NCBI GenBank assembly: GCA_965261895.1
Contig: OZ253480.1
Span: forward strand, 4,379,210 to 4,443,209
Reading direction: 5' to 3'
Source: an uncultured Candidatus Binatia bacterium
GTDB taxonomy: Bacteria > Desulfobacterota > Binatia > UBA9968 > JAJDTQ01
DNA length: 64,000 nucleotides
Each line of letters opens with the position of its first letter. Position 1 is the first letter of the stretch. The translations under genes and the position numbers were made by a program. The notes beneath the pieces were generated by a model. The model made no database searches. It worked only from the letters and a program-made list of their open reading frames with translations, and was not told the DNA's origin. Of the stretch, positions 22,966 through 32,082 are shown piece by piece.

Positions 22966-23910
22966 CTAAGAGGGTGCTGGGTTAAGAGAAGGCACCCACG
23001 GGGTACCGCGGCGTGCGATGGCATGGAGGAGTAACAACAACTTGCGCATGACCGCCACCAGGGCCACCTTGCCGAGCTTACCGCGGCGCCTCAAACGACG
23101 ATAGAAGCCCTTCAGTTCCTGGTTGAACCGTATGGCTGACAGCGCGGCCATGTACAAGGCCCGACGGACGGTTCCACGACCTCCCCGGATGGCGCGGTGT
23201 CCCTGACGCTGACCGCTGTCGTGGGACCACGGCGCCAAGCCCGCCAAGGCGGTCAAGCCCTTGCCGCAACCTTGGCCCAGTTCGGGCAAGTACGCCAGCA
23301 AGGTCGCGGCGGTCAGCTCTCCCACGCCGCTCACGCTCTGATACAAGGTCCCGCGTTGGCTCAACCTCGGGTGACGCCGCACCAGTGCCTGCAAGGCCTT
23401 GTCCAGCCGCGCGATCTCCTTGTCGAGCCAGGCCACATGCCGCTCACAGGACTTCTTGTTCACTCCCTTAGGCCCCTTCTCCAGCCGATTGAGTTCCTGC
23501 ACACGCTGCTGCACCAACTGCTGCCTTCGACCCACCACCCCCCGCAACTCCCGACTGGCGCTGTCCTGCTCAGACTGCCCCTCCACCTCGAACACCCCGC
23601 CGTACAGCGCCAGCACCTGCGCGTCCAACGGATCGGTCTTCGCCCCTTGTCCCAGGGCTTGCGCAAAACTCCGCACCCGCGGCGGATGCGCTACATGCAC
23701 CGCCATCCCCCCCGCCCCCAAACGCTCTACTACCTGCTCCTCGTACCCCCCCGTCGCCTCACACACCACCTGCGTCACCCCCTCTGCCCGAAGCCAGTTC
23801 CGTAAAACCCTGATGCCCCCGGCCTGGTTCCCAAAGCGCCGTACCGCCCCGCCCGACACCGAGACCACCAACTCCCGCTTGCCTACATCAATCCCTGCTA
23901 CTACTTTCAT
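22966..23910 (-). CDS. IS110 family recombinase/transposase
   Basis: GIDVGK, CEATGGYE, KTDPLDA (DEDD RuvC-like), SGVG, DSG, GGRGTVRRALYMAALSA, KVALVAVMRKLL. GGAGG before ATG 23910. Confidence 0.96.
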   Translation of the reverse strand: MKVVAGIDVGKRELVVSVSGGAVRRFGNQAGGIRVLRNWLRAEGVTQVVCEATGGYEEQVVERLGAGGMAVHVAHPPRVRSFAQALGQGAKTDPLDAQVLALYGGVFEVEGQSEQDSASRELRGVVGRRQQLVQQRVQELNRLEKGPKGVNKKSCERHVAWLDKEIARLDKALQALVRRHPRLSQRGTLYQSVSGVGELTAATLLAYLPELGQGCGKGLTALAGLAPWSHDSGQRQGHRAIRGGRGTVRRALYMAALSAIRFNQELKGFYRRLRRRGKLGKVALVAVMRKLLLLLHAIARRGTPWVPSLNPAPS

Positions 23911-23933
23911 GCCCGCCTCCTGTTCTGCTACGA

Positions 23934-24113
23934 TGTCGCTGTCCTCCACACTTGCTTATACGGGGCTTACCCCCCTGTATCTGTTCGGAGCGACAACTGG
24001 CATGCGGGGTGTCCTACTCCCGCCCGGTGCAGTACTGCCCCAAGGCAATGCTCACCCTATGACGAGCGACTCGCCCCGCATGCCTCCCCCCCAAATTGGC
24101 CGATCTGAGAGGA
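23934..24113 (-). ncRNA. Predicted IS110 bridge RNA (about 180 nt; ends approximate)
   Basis: Two stem-enclosed loops upstream of the recombinase carry segments matching the target and donor junction sequences (see findings). Confidence 0.82.
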
Positions 24114-24197
24114 ACTCTCAACATACAAATGACGATCGCGAGTCCCAGCCACACCGGAAAACATGCCGAGTTCAGGAAGACTCGGATCAATAGTGCC

Positions 24198-24306
24198 GGC
24201 GCCCTTCGACTTCGCTTCGCTACGCTCAGGGCGAACGGTTAATTATTAACGGAGCCGAGTCAAACCCGTTCGCCCTGAGCGTAGCGAAGCGAAGTCGAAG
24301 GGCGCC
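24198..24306. repeat. REP-like long palindrome, family D (CTTCGACTTCGCTTCGCTACGCTCAGG...)
   Basis: Near-perfect inverted repeat of about 105 bp; relatives at 55779-56010 and 60712-60815. Confidence 0.85.
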
Positions 24307-24309
24307 ATC

Positions 24310-24386
24310 CTCACCCTATGGCGAGCGACTCGCCCCGCATGCCTACCTCTCCAATTGGCCGATCCGAGAGGAACTCGCAACATACA
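24310..24386 (-). mobile_element. Truncated second IS110 left end
   Basis: Diverged copy of 24051-24127 with the same ACATACA-AA-TGACGAT junction. Confidence 0.85.
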
Positions 24387-24550
24387 AATGACGATTCGGG
24401 GGTCGTTGCCTCGCTCGGATGGTGTTTTGATACACCCTGTTTGGCGGGAATGACGGTTGCGGGTGCTGGTCTTCGTTTGACACCCGTCTGCCTCTTCGGC
24501 TAGTCTGCGTGCCGCTCGTAGCCATGCACAACTCGAAAGGAGAACGGACC

Positions 24551-25564
24551 ATGTCCCTATTGCTCAGAGCCTGTTTCCGTAGCCTGATGATCGTCGCGGC
24601 GCTTTGCGGCCTGCTCGTGGCGGCCGCTACGTCGGTTCATGCAGGGGAGCTCAAGCTCGCCCACTTCACCTCTCCCAAGCACCCCATGGACCGGCTGGTG
24701 ATGCGGCCGTGGGGCGCCGAGGTGGCGAAGCGCAGCAATGGCTCGCTGACGGTGCGGATCTATCCCGGTGGCGAGCTGGGCAAGGGGCCGCAGGCGCAGT
24801 ACAAGCGGGCGGCGGACGGCATCGCGGACATCACGTTCGGATTGCAGGGATACACTTCCTCGCTGTTCCCGAGGACGCTGCTGGTGGAGCTGCCGGGCAT
24901 CGCGCCGGACGCGGTGGCGGCCACCAAGATGTTGTGGAAGGCCGTGGGCTCCATTCAGGGAGAGTACGACCGGACCAAGATCCTGGCCCTGTGGGTCAAC
25001 GACAAGGCCGTTATCATGACCCGGAACAAACCGGTGCGTACTCTGGACGACGTCAAGGGCATGAAGATCCGCACGCCTTCGAAGCTCCAGGGCGACATCA
25101 TCAAGGCACTGGGGGCCACTCCCGTGGCCATGCCGGTGACGCGCATGTACAACGCCCTCAAGACCGGGGTGGTGGACGGCCTGATGGTGGCGCCAAGCGT
25201 CATCCGGAGCTTCAAGATCGGCGAGGTGGCCAAGTACTACACCGTGGGGCCCTTCGCCAACACGGCGTTCTTCCTGGCCATGAACAAGAAGGCCTACGAC
25301 GGGCTGTCGGCGGAGCACAAGAAGATCGTCGACGAGACCTCGGGCGAGGCCCTGAGCGTCAAGGCCGCCGGCATCTACAAGAAGGCCGGCGCCGGCTCCC
25401 TGGCCGGCGAGAAGAAGAGCGGCCGGGGCGAGGTCATCACTCTCTCGGATGCGGAGGACAAGCGTTTCCGCAAGGCCTTGAGCGGGGTCCGGGCCAAGAC
25501 CGTCAACGATCTTTCCGCCAAGGGTATCGACGCCGAGAAGATCCTCGCGGCCATGGGCGGATAA
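24551..25564 (+). CDS. dctP: TRAP transporter substrate-binding protein DctP
   Basis: Signal peptide, LKLAHF, YPGGELG, KGMKIR, LGATPVAMP, YNALKTGVVDG. Confidence 0.92.
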   Translation: MSLLLRACFRSLMIVAALCGLLVAAATSVHAGELKLAHFTSPKHPMDRLVMRPWGAEVAKRSNGSLTVRIYPGGELGKGPQAQYKRAADGIADITFGLQGYTSSLFPRTLLVELPGIAPDAVAATKMLWKAVGSIQGEYDRTKILALWVNDKAVIMTRNKPVRTLDDVKGMKIRTPSKLQGDIIKALGATPVAMPVTRMYNALKTGVVDGLMVAPSVIRSFKIGEVAKYYTVGPFANTAFFLAMNKKAYDGLSAEHKKIVDETSGEALSVKAAGIYKKAGAGSLAGEKKSGRGEVITLSDAEDKRFRKALSGVRAKTVNDLSAKGIDAEKILAAMGG

Positions 25565-25589
25565 GCCGGCAGGCTGGCTTCACGTACCC

Positions 25590-26117
25590 ATGGGTGCCGA
25601 ATCACGTGCCGCGTTGCCGGGGACCGCGGTGGCCGCCTGGGCCACCCGGTCCCTGGCCTACGTGGCCGGGGCCGCGCTCCTGTGGCTCATGCTGCTGACG
25701 GTGGTGGCGGTGGTGATGCGCTACGTCTTCAACGCGCCCATCCTGGGCGCGCAGGACATCTCCGAGATCAGTCTGGCCGTGGTCGTCTTCTTGGGCATAC
25801 CCTACTGCGGCTGGACCGGCGGCCACGTGGCCGTGGACCTCATCAGCACGGTGGTGGGCGAGAGCCGGCTGCGTTACACCGACACCCTCATGCGGCTGGT
25901 CGGCGCGGTGCTGTTCGGCTTCGTCGCGTGGCAGGCCATGCGGCAGGGGCTGGACGCGCTGGAGTACGGCGACGCCACCAACCTCGTGGACATCCCCCAC
26001 TATCCGTTCATGTTCCTGATGAGCTTCGGCTGGTTGCTGCTTGCCGGGGTGCTGCTGATCCAGGCGGCCGTCGGCATCGTCCAGGCTCCCCAAACTCCCC
26101 AAGAGAAAGCTGAATGA
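25590..26117 (+). CDS. dctQ: TRAP small permease DctQ
   Basis: VVMRYVFNAPI.G..DI, GHVAVD, four TM segments. Confidence 0.9.
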   Translation: MGAESRAALPGTAVAAWATRSLAYVAGAALLWLMLLTVVAVVMRYVFNAPILGAQDISEISLAVVVFLGIPYCGWTGGHVAVDLISTVVGESRLRYTDTLMRLVGAVLFGFVAWQAMRQGLDALEYGDATNLVDIPHYPFMFLMSFGWLLLAGVLLIQAAVGIVQAPQTPQEKAE

Positions 26118-27418
26118 GTCCCACCACCGCGGGTCTTCTGGGATTGGCGGGGCTGTTCCTGCTGCTCGCTCTCAGGATGCCCGTGGGCATTGCCATGATG
26201 CTCGTGGGGGTGCTGGGGTTCGGCACCCTCAATGGCTGGGGGCCGGCTCTGGCGTTGGTGGGCAGCGAGCCCTTCGTCATCGCCACCAACTACGAACTCA
26301 TCGTGATCCCGCTGTTCGTGCTCATGGGAAACTTCGCCACGGTTTCCGGCATGAGCCGGGACCTCTATGCCGCGGCCTACGCCTGGTTCGGCCACTGGCG
26401 CGGCGGACTGGCGTCCGCCACCATCGCCGCCTGCGCCGGATTCGCCGCGCTCTCCGGTTCTTCCGTGGCAGCCGCCGTGACCATGGGCAAGGTAGCCCTG
26501 CCGGAGATGCGCACCTACCGGTACGACCCGCGGCTCGCCACCGGCGCCATTGCCGCGGGCGGCACCCTGGGCATTCTCATCCCGCCCAGCACGGGGTTCG
26601 TCATCTACGCCATCCTCACCGAGGAATCCATCGGACGCCTGTTCCTGGCCGGGGTCTTTCCCGGGCTGCTGCTGACCGCGCTGTTCATCCTGTCGATCTT
26701 CATTCAGACCCGGATCAACCCGGACCTGGGACCGCCGGGCCCGGCCTCCAGCATCCGGGACCGCATCCGCGCCATCCGCCAGGCCAGCGCAATGATCGGC
26801 GTGGTCACGCTCACCATCGGCGGCATCTACGCCGGCCTCTTCACCCCCACCGAGGCAGCCGGCGTGGGCGCTTTTCTGGCGATGCTGCTGGCGCTGGTGC
26901 GGGGTCGGCTGTCGGCGTCGTCGCTGTCGTCCCTGGCGCTGGAGAGCGTACGCACCACCGCCCTGGTCTTCCTGATCCTGGTGGGCGCTCACATCTTCAA
27001 CCCGTTCCTGGCGTTGACCCACATCCCCTCGGATCTCGCCGAGCTGCTGGTGGGAATGGAGCTGCCCCGGTTGGCCGTGCTCGCCATCCTGCTGGCCGCC
27101 TACATCGTGCTGGGCATGTTCCTGGAGGGCTTCGCCATGCTGGTCCTCACCCTCCCCATCGTGCATCCCATCATCCTCACCCTGGGATACGACCCCATCT
27201 GGTTCGGTGTGGTCATGGTCATCGTGCTGGAGATGGGCCTCATCAGCCCGCCGGTGGGGGTCAACGTCTTCGTGGTCAAGGGCATCGCCGAAGACGTCCC
27301 CATGAGCAAGATATTCGCCGGCATCCTGCCGTTCTGGATCGCCATGGCCGTATGCCTGGCCATCCTGGTGGCGTTTCCGGATATCGCGCTGTTCCTGCCG
27401 AATACGATGATTCGGTGA
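26114..27418 (+). CDS. dctM: TRAP large permease DctM
   Basis: IPLFVLMG, SGSSVA, GGTLGILIPPS, FTPTEAA, GLISPPVG.N. Confidence 0.94.
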   Translation: MSPTTAGLLGLAGLFLLLALRMPVGIAMMLVGVLGFGTLNGWGPALALVGSEPFVIATNYELIVIPLFVLMGNFATVSGMSRDLYAAAYAWFGHWRGGLASATIAACAGFAALSGSSVAAAVTMGKVALPEMRTYRYDPRLATGAIAAGGTLGILIPPSTGFVIYAILTEESIGRLFLAGVFPGLLLTALFILSIFIQTRINPDLGPPGPASSIRDRIRAIRQASAMIGVVTLTIGGIYAGLFTPTEAAGVGAFLAMLLALVRGRLSASSLSSLALESVRTTALVFLILVGAHIFNPFLALTHIPSDLAELLVGMELPRLAVLAILLAAYIVLGMFLEGFAMLVLTLPIVHPIILTLGYDPIWFGVVMVIVLEMGLISPPVGVNVFVVKGIAEDVPMSKIFAGILPFWIAMAVCLAILVAFPDIALFLPNTMIR

Positions 27419-27473
27419 GGGGGCAGGAAGGTGGGAGGTGGTCGGGACGGCCAGGGCAAAACTTCGGTGCGGA

Positions 27474-27842
27474 CTACTTCACAAGGCCTTCCGGGGGGAG
27501 CGCGTTCTCATTCTCGGGCGAAGCGAGATGCACTGCCAGTGCACCGTCGGGTGTCCTTGCAGCTACGGTTGCTACTTGTTCGTATCCGGAATCTCGTAGC
27601 CGCCCGACCCGCAGTTCGTTTCCTTTTACGCCCATCACAATGGAAATGATCAGTTCGCCAACCAGCCAAATCTCCGGGACTGAGCTCAACGCCAATCCAG
27701 CCAACAGTACAATCACGCCGACCAGCCAAAGCCTTTTCAGGAATGCCCAAATCCAGGTGAAGAAGAAGGCAGGCCAACTCCAGCCAATCTTGACGACTTC
27801 GTAACCCAACGCGGGGTGCTGGAGTATGGCAAACTGCTTCAT
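27474..27842 (-). CDS. DUF2628-like small membrane protein
   Basis: VKIGWSWPAFFF..IWA..KRLW, GN..R...L...GY. Confidence 0.8.
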   Translation of the reverse strand: MKQFAILQHPALGYEVVKIGWSWPAFFFTWIWAFLKRLWLVGVIVLLAGLALSSVPEIWLVGELIISIVMGVKGNELRVGRLRDSGYEQVATVAARTPDGALAVHLASPENENALPPEGLVK

Positions 27843-27857
27843 TGAGAAACCTCGATG

Positions 27858-28274
27858 TCAGTGTGGTGTAAGCGCCTCGATGCCTACGGCCCGCGCCGCC
27901 GCAAGGAGCGCACGATCCAGGCTAGCGAGGGGAAGTTGCAACCGCACGGCGAGTTCCAGGTACATCGCGTCGTAGACGGAGATCCGGTGCGTCTGCGCAA
28001 GATCCAGCGACACGTCCCACACTCGGGATGTGGTGACCGGGTCGATTTCAATTGGCAATGCTTCGAGATTCGCCCGAATCTCCGGCCACTCGTCAACACG
28101 AACACGGCCACGCCGAGTGGCAACCAGCAGCACGTTGCCCACTTCCACCGGCCAGAGAGACGGGACGAAGGCCCTGCCTTCCACAAGCGAGTCGCGCACC
28201 CTGTCGGTGGCTTCCGTCGCTTCGTCAGAGAAGATCCAGGCCATAGTGACCGAGCAATCGAGAACGAATGCCAT
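27858..28274 (-). CDS. vapC: VapC PIN-domain toxin
   Basis: FVLDCSV.MAW...DE, LWPVEVGN, SVYDAMYLELA, LASLD. Confidence 0.92.
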   Translation of the reverse strand: MAFVLDCSVTMAWIFSDEATEATDRVRDSLVEGRAFVPSLWPVEVGNVLLVATRRGRVRVDEWPEIRANLEALPIEIDPVTTSRVWDVSLDLAQTHRISVYDAMYLELAVRLQLPLASLDRALLAAARAVGIEALTPH

Positions 28275-28516
28275 CAGTACTTGCGTCCTTCCTCGATCAT
28301 TTCGCGGACGGACAGTCCTCCGAGACTGTGGGTCTCCTGAAACACCTTCAGCTTTGCAATCGCTCCACGCACTTTGTCGGAATCGTGCGGCTGAAAGGGA
28401 ATCAACTCGGCCACCGGACGACTATGCTTGGTGATGATGAATCGCTCGCCCTCCTGAACGCGCCGCAGCAACTCCGGGAGGTGGGTTTTAGCCTCGAAAG
28501 CGCCGATTTCAGGCAT
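28274..28516 (-). CDS. Phd/YefM family antitoxin
   Basis: EIGAFEAKTHL.ELL.RV..GE..IITKH.RPVA.L.P; GGAGG RBS. Confidence 0.92.
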   Translation of the reverse strand: MPEIGAFEAKTHLPELLRRVQEGERFIITKHSRPVAELIPFQPHDSDKVRGAIAKLKVFQETHSLGGLSVREMIEEGRKY

Positions 28517-28597
28517 GGTGTATACCTCCAAGCTGTCCAACTAGTTGAAGACTAGTTTTTCTTTGCCACAAGGTCAAGCACGCCACGTGTGCCTTAG

Positions 28598-30543
28598 ACT
28601 GAACTTCGAGGGGCCAGGCGAGCTAACCCATTGATATTTCGGCCAAAAGGCAGGAGCTACAGGGTTGCTACTGGGAACATTCGAGGCGGAGGCCGAGGAG
28701 TTCGAAGGCTCGGTGTTGCAGGGGGGTGGGACGGGTGAAGAGGTCGAAGGGCTGGGCGCGGGGGAGGCGCGGGAGGAGGCGGTTTTTGACGATGGTGGCG
28801 AGGTCGTCGAGGAGGGTTCGGAAGCTGTGAACGGGGAAGCCGTCTTCGGTGCGCTTGGTGCGGGCCTTTAGCTGGGCTTTGGGGGAGGTTTTGGCGGGGG
28901 CCACCACGGAGGCGCGTAGGGCTTCGGCGGAGTCATGGTCGTCGAACAGCAAGGGAGCGAGGCACTGGCGCATGTGCCATTCGACGTAATAGGCGAGCAT
29001 GCAGAGCAAGACGTGGGCGCGCACGCGTTCCGGCGCATAATGATGAACGGGGCGCACCTTGAGGTCCACGGTCTTGAGGCATCGGAAGGCGCGCTCGACC
29101 CGGCTCAGGCTCTTGTAGGCGCGCACGGTGTCGGGGGCATCGAGGGCGTTTTGGGGCAGGCTGGTGCGCACGATGTAGAGGCCGTCGAGGGCTGCTTCTC
29201 GTGCAATGGAGTCAAGGTTTCGAGAGTAACGGAACGAGTCGTCGGTGATGTCGAGGTGGAAATGCTTGGCCATCTTGTACTTGCCCACCACCCGGCCCAC
29301 CCGAAGAGCGATGCGCTCCCGGCCCGTGAGCGGCCGCTTCTCGCGTCCGGCGGCGGCCACGATGGGGTCCAGCAGACGTTCGGTGGCGCCCAGCAACGCC
29401 TCGCGCTTGCGTGCCCGTTCGGCCGCCAGCAGCGGATTGTGGCACACCATCAGACGCTCTCCGGGATATTCCTCGGAGCGGACCTCCACAAGATCGGTCT
29501 GATCGAACAACGACATCTGCACCGCCCCCGATTCCACCAGCCGGCGAATGGCCGAGGAACGCAAGGCGCTGATCCAGTCCAGCCCCGCCGGCGCCACCTC
29601 CTCGCGGATGCGCGCCTCGGTGAGCATGCCCCGGTCGCCCACCAGCACCACCTTCGAGAGTCCGAATCGGCGCCGCAGCTTGTCCACCTGCGCCCCCAGG
29701 GTCATGGGGTCGGCGGTGTCGCCCTCGAACACCTCCACCGCCACCGGACGACCGTCGCGGTCGCACAACAGGCCGAACTCGATCTGGAGCTTGCCCCGCT
29801 TGCCGTCGCGGGAATGGCCGTGCCGGGCCAGCGGACAGCAGCGGCCTTCCAGATAGACCGAGGTGAGGTCGTAGAGCACCAGGGCGCCGTCTCCAAGATG
29901 TCTTTTGGCCAAGCGCTTCTCAATCGCCTCCTGACGTTCCAAAAGCCAGTCCATGGCCGCGTACAGATGGTCCTCTGAGGTCTCTCCAAGTCCCAGGGTC
30001 TCCGCCAGCGTGTCCCGAGCGGTGGCCTCGGCCAGAGCTCGGGCCGTAGCCAGTTTCGAGACCGGGGCCATGACTCGGGCCGCGATCAGCGCCACCCCCC
30101 TGTCGCGCTCGGGGCAGGGAGTTGTCGAAAGGATACGTTCCAGGCCCAGCTTGCGCACGGTGCCGAGCACTGCGGCGACATGTCCGTGGGGCTTGGAGCG
30201 GACGATGTCGAAGGCGTCCTCGGGGCTGACCAGGGGTTGGTCCTTGAGCAGCCGGCGCAGGGTTTCGACTTTGGCTCGGGGCCAGTCGGAGAGGTTGGCG
30301 AGGGTCCGTTTGCGGACGCGCTTGCCTTCGCGCCAGCCTTCGCGGAGCAGGACGGCGGGAGGGGAGTTCCGGTTGGGGACGGTTTCTACATACATGGCAA
30401 CGAGACTAGCACAGGATGCGGGATAATACAAGGACTATTGCAACCATTACATGGGAACATATGAGGATGCCGAATCCGCCGTTTCTCCAACAAATTCAAA
30501 CACTTGATTCAAAATTAAGGATGAAATTCGCTCGAAGTTCAGA
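28598..30543 (-). mobile_element. IS1634-family insertion sequence
   Basis: Inverted repeats CTGAACTTCGAG (28599-28610) and CTCGAAGTTCAG (30531-30542), flanked by TTAG and CTAG. Confidence 0.88.
28668..30395 (-). CDS. IS1634 family DDE transposase
   Basis: LYDLTSVYLEG, GHSRDGK, VGDRGM, YKSLSRVERAFR, RPVHH...RVRAHV. Confidence 0.93.
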   Translation of the reverse strand: MYVETVPNRNSPPAVLLREGWREGKRVRKRTLANLSDWPRAKVETLRRLLKDQPLVSPEDAFDIVRSKPHGHVAAVLGTVRKLGLERILSTTPCPERDRGVALIAARVMAPVSKLATARALAEATARDTLAETLGLGETSEDHLYAAMDWLLERQEAIEKRLAKRHLGDGALVLYDLTSVYLEGRCCPLARHGHSRDGKRGKLQIEFGLLCDRDGRPVAVEVFEGDTADPMTLGAQVDKLRRRFGLSKVVLVGDRGMLTEARIREEVAPAGLDWISALRSSAIRRLVESGAVQMSLFDQTDLVEVRSEEYPGERLMVCHNPLLAAERARKREALLGATERLLDPIVAAAGREKRPLTGRERIALRVGRVVGKYKMAKHFHLDITDDSFRYSRNLDSIAREAALDGLYIVRTSLPQNALDAPDTVRAYKSLSRVERAFRCLKTVDLKVRPVHHYAPERVRAHVLLCMLAYYVEWHMRQCLAPLLFDDHDSAEALRASVVAPAKTSPKAQLKARTKRTEDGFPVHSFRTLLDDLATIVKNRLLPRLPRAQPFDLFTRPTPLQHRAFELLGLRLECSQ

Positions 30544-30927
30544 CTAGACAACCAGGTTGGGCCGCCTGCACCGGCTGCATCCACAGAAGCGCGACGTGGT
30601 GGTCTACGATTATCTCGATGGGGAGGTCGCGGCTCTACAGCGCATGGCCGGGAAGCGCATCAAGGGTTACGAGAGCCTCGGCTATACGGTTGAGCGGCCC
30701 GGCATCCTCTCGGCACAGTGAATTCCGCGTGCGGGCGGTTCACGGAGGGGGTGCAGGGATCATCGCGGCCGGCCGCTGGGATACAAACTGCATCGCGGCG
30801 ATGACCAGACGCCGACGCGCTCTGACTAGGCAGATTCGACCAGACGCCGAATCGCGGCTGCGCGCGATGGGAGGCATGGCGAAAGGTTTCCGATGATGAT
30901 CGGCGCCCAACCGCTGAGAGTTTGCTA

Positions 30928-31002
30928 TTGACAACTTCGCGCAAAGGATGTTATGCAGCTTGGGCTATGATCGCAACCCCCCCCCCCCCCCCCCCCCCCC
31001 CC
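30928..31002 (+). promoter_or_regulatory. Putative promoter followed by a C26 homopolymer
   Basis: TTGACA at 30928-30933, weak -10 TATGCA near 30952, poly-C at 30977-31002. Confidence 0.55.
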
Positions 31003-31330
31003 GCGCAGCTCCGTACGCGTTTGATCCCAAGCCAGCAACGCTCTCCTGACGAAGTTCGGCCTTCCCTCGTCTCTCTCGCGCAGGATCTCTGTCTTCTCTG
31101 TCTACCACATAAGAAACTCCATCTTCCGTCCAGTGGCGGAAGCGTTTCGCGTTCCACGGGCTGGCGCCTGAACGGCTGCCGTGCGTGTGTCGGCATTCGC
31201 GCAGGGCGCCACAACCGGGCGCCCGCGTCTCATCGCGGCGCAGAGTTTCAACGTCGTGCGGGTACGCACGTTAGGGGCCGTTACCGGAAGACCAACCCGG
31301 GAAGAACAACCATGTGGGCAGACTTCACAT

Positions 31331-31382
31331 GGGAGACGATGCGGAAGAACGTCTCAACCTCTTGGCAACCCGGCGGTTCTGA
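31331..31382 (+). repeat. 52-bp degenerate copy of the autotransporter 3' end (38121-38172)
   Basis: Five mismatches in 52 bp; encodes GDDAEERLNLLATRRF* versus GDDAEERINLLANWRF*. Confidence 0.85.
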
Positions 31383-31425
31383 TCCCGACTGGTTGGGTCG
31401 GAAGTGACAAACAACAGAGGAGGTC

Positions 31426-32028
31426 ATGATGGACGAAGGAGTTGGTGCAGTGATGCGAGGACGCCGCAAGACGGCGTTTCGCGGCTTGTGGGCCATGGCA
31501 GCGCTTCTCCTGGCCGGGTGCGTGCCTGAACCGCCGCGGCCGCCGCAGCCGCAGACCGTGGTGGTGGAGAAGCCACGTTGCGTGTTGCGTGACTTCAGTT
31601 CGGCTACGAGGTTCTCGGCCGAGGCTTGGGCCATTCCCGACGCGCGCTTCAATGTCGGTGAGCCGTTGCGCATCCAGTTGCGCGTGAGCGCGCCGGCCTA
31701 TGTGAACCTCTTCCACGTGAGCACCTCGTGCAAGGTCACCCGGTTGATCCGCAACCGTTTCGTCAAGCAAGCCACGATCGTGAACTTTCCCGAAGGGGGA
31801 ATGAGCATCGTCGTGAAGCCGCCCGCAGGCGACGAAGCGTTCTACGTGGTGGCGACCAGGAAGGAAATCGATGTGCTGGCCGGCGCCGACATTCTGCGCG
31901 GCGGAGAGGTGGCCAGTCTCGACATGAACCCGGCGCAGTTCTACACGCGCCTCCAACAGGCCACCGGGCGGATCAACCTGGATGACCTGAGCATGACGAC
32001 CCTGCGGACGTCGATTTTTTCTCATTGA
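31426..32028 (+). CDS. DUF4384-like lipoprotein
   Basis: GAGGAGG RBS, lipobox LLAG-C, F.VGE.L.I...VS..AYV.LF, V.PP.G.E..VVA. Confidence 0.78.
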   Translation: MMDEGVGAVMRGRRKTAFRGLWAMAALLLAGCVPEPPRPPQPQTVVVEKPRCVLRDFSSATRFSAEAWAIPDARFNVGEPLRIQLRVSAPAYVNLFHVSTSCKVTRLIRNRFVKQATIVNFPEGGMSIVVKPPAGDEAFYVVATRKEIDVLAGADILRGGEVASLDMNPAQFYTRLQQATGRINLDDLSMTTLRTSIFSH

Positions 32029-32082
32029 AGGACGAAAGGGGCCCGCCACACGCGGGCGCCGGCAAACAGAGGGGGAGCACTC

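Larger units (their letters stand above)
22941..24127 (-). mobile_element. IS110-family element inserted in a family C REP
   Basis: Joining the flanks restores ATCGTCATTCCCGCGAAAGCGGGAATCCA, identical to the intact copy at 51401. No long TIRs. Confidence 0.92.

Noticed and set aside
23911-23949. GTG start extending the IS110 recombinase
   Set aside because: It overlaps the predicted bridge-RNA donor stem; the GGAGG-ATG at 23910 fits the family N-terminus.
30922-31407. Poly-proline ORF as a real protein
   Set aside because: The prolines come from the C26 tract and the remainder shows no recognisable fold.
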